Source: Octopus vulgaris
Taxonomy: Eukaryota
Direction of reading: 5' to 3'
DNA length: 64,000 nt
Assembly: GCA_951406725.2 (NCBI GenBank)
Contig: OX597820.1
Span: 59,706,001-59,770,000, forward strand
A model generated the notes under the pieces. It made no database searches, was not told the origin of the DNA, and was given only the letters and a program-made list of their open reading frames with translations. Numbering within the stretch: the first letter of the stretch is position 1; each line of letters starts with the position of its first letter. Below, in pieces: positions 55,742 to 64,000 of this stretch. The translations under genes were made by a program, and so were the position numbers.

Positions 55742-56932
55742 TTTGTCTGTCTACACACACACACACATTATGTGTGTGTGTGTGTGTGAGTGTGTGTGTG
55801 TGTAGGGAAAAGGGGAATAACAAATAGTAGCATAGATTTACATCAACGAAATTTTCCTCAAATATTCTCACAAAGTGGTGCTCAACGTGGGATTAGTAGA
55901 GGACACTTGTCCAAGTTGCCTTGTAATGAGATTGAACCTGAAACGACGTGGCTGCAAAGCGAGCTTCTTAAAAACACACAGCCATACCTATGCCTATAGC
56001 TGCACCTGTGCTTACAAAAACTGCAGCTGATATAAATATATTATGAAAGATGGTTATAGACTTTAGAGAAGTAGTAATTCAGGGGAGATAAGTAATTCAA
56101 ATTTTCCTTAAAACATAAGATGAGCCTTCCGTAAACCTGGTAGTCATATTGTCTATTGAAAGAACTAAATTACATTGTAATAACAAACAAAAATCTACAT
56201 AACCATGCGCGAATTTACACTGGCCTGTCTCGTCTCAAGATAATCTTGTCTCCATCTTAGAGTGAACTATTTACGTTTGAGTTACGGCATACAATTCTCT
56301 CAATGTCAGCATTTTATTCCCCTTATCTAATTTTTTTATATATAGAGCCTCCCCTCTTTATATGATGTTTATTATGTCTCACACTTTAAATTGGATCTTT
56401 ACGCTTGAGAGATAAGTTGGTCAAGAAAATCTCTTTCACTTGTATGTACAAAAATCCATTCAAGCGTCGAACCAATGAGAGTACCTCTACGTAGTAGGCT
56501 AACACGTTAGAAATAGCAGCTAAATTCACTTATATTACTCCATAAAACCGGAAAAATGTTTTTGGACAATAAAACTATGAAGGTGGCCAATTAAAACAAT
56601 GTGTGTGTATGATTTTACGTAGCGTACAATGTGTGCGTACAGATTATATATACATATATTTATATATAATAAGTGAAATTGTATGTAAGTTTTCTGTCCG
56701 TTAGTGCATTCATTATAAGTTTTTTCGTTTGTGCATTAATTGTACATTTTTTCTCAATTACCCAAGTAATGGAACACAACGTACCCTGGTTTTTATTAAC
56801 AGCAAGTTGTACATAAAAAAGTAAAAGCAAATTCTAAGATTTTCACAGCCTTCTGTTTTATATGACATTAAAAAATACTTTCTACTCTAGGCACAAGGGT
56901 TGGAATTTTCGGGCTGAGGCTAGTAGATTACT

Positions 56933-57162
56933 TATTTCTTTACTACCCACAAGGAGCTAAACACAAAAAGGACAAACAAAGACAGACAAACGGATGAAGT
57001 CGATTACATCGACCCCAGTGCGTAACTGGTACTTAATTTATCGACCCCGAAAGGATGAAAGGCAAAGTCGACCTCGGCGGAATTTGAACTCAGAACGTAA
57101 CGGCAGACGAAATACGGCTACGCATTTCGCCCGGCGTGCTAACGTTTCTGCCTGTTCGCCGC
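56933..57162 (-). mobile_element. SINE family A tail type 1 nested in an older tail-2 copy (56878-57340)
   Basis: 16-bp TSD AGGCTAGTAGATTACT at 56917-56932 and 57166-57181. Confidence 0.88.
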
Positions 57163-57875
57163 ACTAGGCTAGTAGATTACTGCAACTCTCAATGCTTGAC
57201 TGATAGTTCTTTTATCGACCCCGAAAAGATGAAAGGCAAAGACAACCTCGGCGGGATTTAAACTCAGAATGTAGAAGGAAAAGAGATGCTTCGGAATATT
57301 TTGTGCGGCATGCAAGTGATTTTGTCAGTTCGCTACTTTTATATGACTAAATAATATCACCTTTCATACTGTTGTTGATATTTGGCACTAAGCCGCCGAT
57401 GTCGAATTTCTCTTTCATCCTTTCGGAATCGCTAAAATAAATACCGATTGAGATTTTGTGCCAAAATTAGGAAGGATTATTAAAGACGGCGAACGGGCAG
57501 AATCGGTAGCAAAGCCGGACAAAGTGCTTCGCGGCATTCCTTCTCCTTTGTGGGAACGTAAACAAACCAATATCGATTGTGCACCAGTAAGGGGATACAA
57601 ACAGAAGGATACACACATTACTTACATATGACACACATATGACACACACATACATATACATATATGCATACATACATACATACATACATACATACATACA
57701 TACATACATACATACATACATACATACATACATACATACATACATACATACATACATACATACATTCAGGTATACAGACACAAACATACATGCATATATT
57801 CAGGTATACAGACACAAACATACATGCATATATGTACATATATATACATACAACGTACATGAAATTCATGTTTGA

Positions 57876-57939
57876 AGCTCTGATGAAACTGTAAGATGTT
57901 ACTCAGGCACACATCTTACAGTGGAAACAGCCGTAAGCT
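57876..57939 (+). ncRNA. Type I hammerhead ribozyme motif
   Basis: AGCT-CTGATGA-A-ACTGTAAGATGT(loop)ACATCTTACAGT-G-GAAAC-AGCC-GTA-AGCT: full core, 12-bp stem II, minimal stem III. Confidence 0.7.
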
Positions 57940-58118
57940 AATGAAGATCATAAGACAAGTGTTTATTCCTTTGTCCTTATTACCGTTCTGTACTCAACCA
58001 ACGCTTCGTTCAGAGATATGCGTATATTGAGTTCTACACCAGGTTATTAGTATCGCGATGCCTAAGCGAGGTATTAAAGCACAAAAAGCATAGCTATCTC
58101 TCTATCTGTCTGTCTGTC

Positions 58119-58151
<33 letters not shown>

Positions 58152-58212
58152 TTATTTCGTTTTTGGATTTGGTTTGCTAGATTCTTTATGTGAATTCGTA
58201 TGTTGAAGCATG

Positions 58213-58494
58213 TATTATTGTGTCTAGGGAGAGTCGTTCTGTTTTAATGCCTTATTAATTAACATACTCACCGGTTCGATTTCCACTCATTTACTTATTT
58301 ATTTTTTAATAAAATTTTCGTTGCTTCTTGCAACATCTTCAATAGTCATTGACCCCGTCTGTTATCGGAGTCAATGACTATTGGAGATTTTGCAAGACGC
58401 AACGAAAATTTTAGAAAAATAATTAAGTAAACGAGTGGAATCGAACCGGTGTGTTAATTAATAAGGCATTAAAACAGAATGGCTCTACAATGAC

Positions 58495-58503
<9 letters not shown>
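58213..58503. repeat. Foldback palindrome (about 145-bp arms) between (TA)n tracts, arms with a hammerhead-like motif
   Basis: Arms are reverse complements around a loop at 58358-58365; minus strand of the left arm reads TTGAAGA-T-GTTGC-AAGAA-GCAAC-GAAA-ATTTTA. Confidence 0.88.
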
Positions 58504-58561
<58 letters not shown>

Positions 58562-58750
58562 AGTAGGTGAATGAATTATCCTAGCATGGAAAATTCGGTT
58601 AACCGATACCTGGGTAGCAAATTCACGTCAGAAAACACAGTTGAAGCTACATGTCAAGGGTAGAAACTCCGGTTTCTTGTGTGGAAATTTGTGTGTTTTT
58701 TTATATGAATAAATGAAAGAATGGAGTCGAACGAAGATTTTGACAAAATT

Positions 58751-58845
58751 CCTTTACTCTCGATACATGTTTCGAAGACGGCATACTCTTAATTCCGAAG
58801 GAATAAAGGGTGCATTATGCCATCTTCTCATCAGGAAAGATAAGG
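58751..58845 (-). ncRNA. Type I hammerhead ribozyme motif
   Basis: Minus strand CTTTC-CTGATGA-GAAGATGGCATA...TATGCCGTCTTC-GAAA-CATGT-ATC-GAGAG; 12-bp stem II, palindromic ACATGT in stem III. Confidence 0.65.
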
Positions 58846-58879
58846 AGCCTCTTTCAGCCTCAAGACGAACAAAAACTTT

Positions 58880-59025
<146 letters not shown>

Positions 59026-59132
59026 TATATTTCAGTTGAATTAGGTACTTAAGTTGAAGCACCAAGTCATTCCGCTATTATCCGCACAGCTCGAACTAAG
59101 GCGAATAAAATCAAAATAATCACAAGTAGTAA

Positions 59133-59218
59133 TGCAGTACGACCGTTTCAAGAGGCGCCATTTAATTGATCCATGCAATTATTGCATCAGTTTAAATGCA
59201 GTACTATCTTCAGCTGCA
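59133..59218 (-). ncRNA. Type I hammerhead ribozyme motif
   Basis: Minus strand TGCAG-CTGAAGA-imperfect stem II-GAAAC-GGTC-GTA-CTGCA. Confidence 0.6.
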
Positions 59219-59387
59219 CAAATTATAGAATTTTTTAACAAGTAGGACACATTAATATAATTTTTCTTAAATATTTTAACAGAGTAAGAAGATGGAAGAA
59301 ATTCACATCGCTATTGTGGCAAAGTGGCTAAGAATAGACTACACTTTTTTAGAATCGCATGGAGCATAGTGGGGTCATAGGTGTCAG

Positions 59388-59423
<36 letters not shown>

Positions 59424-60512
59424 CTGACACTTTAAATTTAGTGTCTCTGTGTTTCACGAGTTAACACATTTTGCTTCTGTCCTCTACATTCTCCCTGTGA
59501 CTAAGGGTCTTTTCACTCGAAATATGAAGAGTATCTAATTTTTTTCTCGTTTATTTTTTTCTTGGATGGCGGACCCAAGTAATGTACATACAAATATCAC
59601 AGTACGACACAGTATGATTAAGAATGGCAAAACTCACTGAATGTGGAATGCTGTTTTTATTGACACAGACGCATACACACACATACATATACAGACACAA
59701 ACATAAACAGACCGCAGAACTATACGTACCACTTATTGAATACTGTTTTCTGTAATTCGGTATTGTTAACTAATGATACTCCCACCCGCCTGGTTTGAGA
59801 ACTTCTAATCGTCGCTGTATTTTATATATATTCCCAACTGCATTATCGTGGTTTTATAAATTACTAACAACTTTTTTGTTTATATATACTCGGCAACGTT
59901 CCCAGCAAGCTATAAACGCATACGTACGTACACACACACATACATACTTACATATATACATATATACATATATACAAATTCACAAACATACATACATGCG
60001 TGTGTGCGTGCATGCATGATTTCATACATACATACGTACATGCATACACACGTACATACAAACACACGTACATACAAACTCACACACACATCTATATATG
60101 TATATATATACAGATACGCACAAACTGGTTGAGGTTGCAATTATACGATATTTATAAAGTATAATGTTCACAAATTTGTATAAGATTGTTTATGACGTGG
60201 TGGAAACATAAGTTCTAACGTTACTTTATTAACTGATTTTTCTTTTTGCCGACGCAGACCACCTCCACTTTTCCTTGGACTCTTGTGGATTTTATATACT
60301 ATAACTGTGCATTCTCTATGTGTGCGCGTATGAATGTAAGTGTGTATGTATGTGTATGTGTGTGTGAGTGTGTGCTTTGTGTGAGCGGGGGTGGTCGTGT
60401 GAAACGACTATATTCAATTGTACAAGGGTAAAAAGGAAATCATGATAAACAATATCCGGGCAACTTGATAGAAGGGAAAGATAAAAGCGGGAGGACGGGA
60501 GGTTGGATGAGG

Positions 60513-60794
60513 TTAGGTGGCGCTGTGAGTTAGAACAAGAAATGGATAATAAGGTTTCAGTGTGGGTAGGTGAGTGGTTACGTACACAGAGAAGAAAGCA
60601 AAGATGTTTATAAGCGAAAGGGGTAGGGCTGTGAATTTTGGGATAGACAAGTTGGAAGGTGAGACGTTTGCATAGAGAGAAATGGAGATGTAGAAGAAGG
60701 CAGTGTTCTTAAATGAAGAGAATGGGTGAGAACTGAACTTCTGATGGAATGAAGATATGAAGGACTTAGTGGTAGAATTACTAGGTTGAAGCAA
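60513..60794 (-). mobile_element. Possible decayed CR1/Jockey-like LINE 3' fragment
   Basis: Pyrimidine-rich open frame with SSHPF..FF; weak resemblance only. Confidence 0.2.
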
Positions 60795-62463
60795 CCGGAT
60801 TAAATGATTTTTCAGTATTTATTACGTCTATAATCTGATTTGTATGTGGGTAATATTAAGTCGTGTGAATAATACATTCACCTCGAATCTACATGGTTTC
60901 GGGTTATTTCCTGCTGCGTGGCATCTTGGGTTAGTGTCTTCTCCCATAGTCTCGGGCCGATCTGAACTTTGTGAATGAAACTGAGAATGTGGAACTTCTT
61001 GGATGCACTGTAGTAATGATTCGAATGTCAAGTTTGTTATACAGTGTCACGCTACTTCTGCCTGATGATTATGTTATGAGTATAAGTTCTCTATGCCATT
61101 CTTAGTCGCTCACAATTTTACAATTAGTATTACAATTTTATTTTCAATAATTACGATATTATTACAATATTGCTAATTATTGTAAAATACCAATATTATG
61201 ATTAGTACTTAATTCCTGTGAGCGAGTAAATGGATTACTCATTTGTCGAAATCAGCATGAGATCTATTAAATTTTCTTTTCTTTTTTTTTTGTGAGTTTG
61301 AAATTCATCACATTCAGTTTTACTTACCACACCTAAATTGGATTCGATAACATAACCTCTACTCAAGTGTTAGTGTCAATATCATAAAATGTTTTTTCCC
61401 ACTAATGTGATGTTAGATACATACATGTCGTGCATACGTACGTTCAAGCACACATACATACATACATACATACATACGTGCATACATATGTACATGCATA
61501 CATATATACATACATACGTGCATACATACGTAATGCATACATATATACATGCATACATGCATGTATACACACTTGCATACATATATACATGCATGCATAC
61601 ATACATACATACATACATACGTGCATACATACGTTCATGCATACCTATATAATACATACGTGCATAGATACGTACATGCATACATACATACATGCATGTA
61701 TACATACATACATACATGCATGCATACATACATGCATGCAAGAATACATGCATATATGCACATATGGATACAAGGTGCTGGAGGTCAAATTGTGACTAAT
61801 ACTTATTAAGCGAGTGAAACCACTTCCTAAATTCCGGAAACCCGTGCAAGCGTTCCAAAAGTCCAAGAAGATCCTGTGGATGAGTTTGTATTGAGTGGAA
61901 AAGTGCTGCACAGCACTGACCTCACTTTTCTGCACAATCAGCTATAACAATGGCATAAGAAAGTTTTAAACAACCAGAAATCAACTAAGCATCAGTATTT
62001 TTTCATGAGTTTACTTTGTCTTAGAAGGAATTTCTTAATGAGAATTAGGGGTTCTCTCCCTTCACCCTCAGTGCTTCATATGCTAATTAACCCATATATG
62101 GGACCCTAACAAGTGCTACTATTCCAGGTAAGAGTAAACCTGGGAAAAGTAGTGGTTAAGCGGTGGTTCCACACTCCTCAAAAACCTGGAACTCCTGTAT
62201 CAGAGCCACTCTACCGGATGCAGTTTAAAGTTGTACCCAAGACATACATACATTTACATGTGTGTGTGTATGTGTGTGTGTGTGTGAAAGTGTGTGTGTA
62301 TGTGTGAAAGTGTGTGTGTATGTGTGTGTGTGTGTGTGTGTGTGAGTGTGTGTGTGTGCGTGTGTATGCGCGCGCGTGCGTACGCATGTATTTCAATAGT
62401 CTTATCTTTATTGCCTGCTTCCGCTACTTAACTGAGCGTAACTTTGTGTACCACGGCCACATG

Positions 62464-62533
<70 letters not shown>

Positions 62534-63299
62534 TGGTTTCGTTTTACAATCTATTTTAAGTCTTTGGATTTTGATTATTTTGTTGCCTGTCTCGTTTTTT
62601 AATAATTTCCAAGACGCCTATTATCAGAAAGAAACTCACTGCTTTCAGTTTTTACATTCTGATTATCTCTATCACCAGATCTTTATATCTGGATGTTTTT
62701 TTCTCAGTTCTTTGAGCAATACATTAAGGTATGTTGAGACTGATGTGTCGTTCATGAGACATTTCTTTTCATGAAGTTAACTGACAATAATACCAGACGG
62801 TTTTCCTCAGTTTCTCTACGTGAATTGGTACATACCAAAGTGGGACTTTTGACTTTCTCTGAAACCTATTGCAACCTATATTCCCTCCATATTTTCTCTC
62901 AAACCATGTTCATGTCCGTATTTTATGATGTCTGTACCATTCTCACCCCCATCCGGTATTTCACATCGCTAGCATACATTTCAGTTTATGAAAACTCAAA
63001 CACTGCTATGCTTGTGCGCGCATGCGTTCATACATGCATGCACACACACACACACACTCTTTTGTTAAGACTGGGTGTCGTCAGGCGTTCAGTGCTCTCT
63101 ACCAGACGGACAATGTGGTAGGCCGATCGTATTGATCAATTGGTGGAAAACTAGTTGAGTGAAAGAGCGGCGATGTCCTTGGGGAAACTCTGAGCAAACT
63201 GATTGGGCTGTTCCGAAGAACTTTCTGCCCGGGAACGACAAAAGGCTTTAGCCTGGCAGTGCTAAGGATTTCTGAAGGGGGCTCTGCCGGTTCGAGATA

Positions 63300-64000
63300 A
63301 ACTCGACAAGCACGGAAGACCTTGTAATCGTTGCCTTAAAAGTGCAGCATAGTGATGAAGAGATAGCTCGCTTCCTGAAAGTTGCTCGACGTTTCGTTGT
63401 CAAAGTTCGAAAGGAGCTGGAAGCAGGTAATTTGGATCCAACATTAGCAGCTAAGCACAAAGCGCATGCGCAGAGTTCCAATACCATCAGAACTCAACTT
63501 TATAATAAAGGTCTAAGAAATAATCGATAAATAGATAGATATGCACACTTACATACATACATACATACATATATACATACATACATACATACATACATAC
63601 ATACATACATACATACATACATACATACATACATACATACATACATGTTTGTTTGTGTTCGCGCGCATAGATTCAAAAAAGAATCGTTCGACCCGTGAAA
63701 AGCACTTACTAAAGAAGTTAAAACACCAAAAGACTGGAATGCATTGTTTTTTTTCTCCGATGAGAAAACCTTCAATTAAGACCAAAAGGTAAATCGAAGG
63801 ATCGACAAACGGTTGTACAGAGACCTGAAATGAAGTTCCAACGGCCATGCATACTAAGTTCGCAGTAATTCTGATGGGTCCAGGAGTTGTCAGCAACGAG
63901 GGAAATGTCATGCTTCCTCATTTTTTTTTTTTCACAGGTCTTAAGAGTCAATGCCACTGTGTTATACAAAGGTGTTGCAGAAAGCTGTGAGGCCCTGAAT
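63300..64000 (+). mobile_element. Decayed Tc1/mariner (maT/DD37D-like) transposase interrupted by (CATA)n, running off the window
   Basis: N-terminal EIARFLKVARRFVVKVRKEL; then FFSDEKTFN.DQKVNRR, MHTKF, GVVSNEGNVMLPHFF, GLRVNA in broken frames. Confidence 0.8.

Overview
AT-rich, microsatellite-dense animal DNA with no confidently identifiable host gene. The repeat landscape (tRNA-derived SINEs, TTAGGG repeats, dense TA/TG/TATC/TAA tracts) suggests a coleoid cephalopod such as octopus; this is an inference. Almost all listed ORFs are translations of simple repeats. After a CR1-type LINE 3' end and a 100-N gap, 921-7693 is a (TTAGGG)n array. It points into the unique sequence rather than out to a chromosome end, and is punctuated about 17-19 times by a 46-nt spacer copied from the array/flank junction. 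The remainder is a mosaic of two main SINE families, LINE fragments (CR1-like, Tx1/L1-like, RTE), three Helitrons, mariner and maT remnants, hAT and pogo-like MITEs, and (TA)n-embedded Penelope-like elements, several with type I hammerhead ribozyme motifs. Most notable: (i) the spacer-punctuated telomeric satellite with telomere-healing-like junctions, (ii) a hammerhead ribozyme cluster at about 47.8 kb and 57.9-59.5 kb, and (iii) two SINE-LINE 3' tail partnerships visible within the window, one with compensatory stem changes. All calls were made by eye without database searches.
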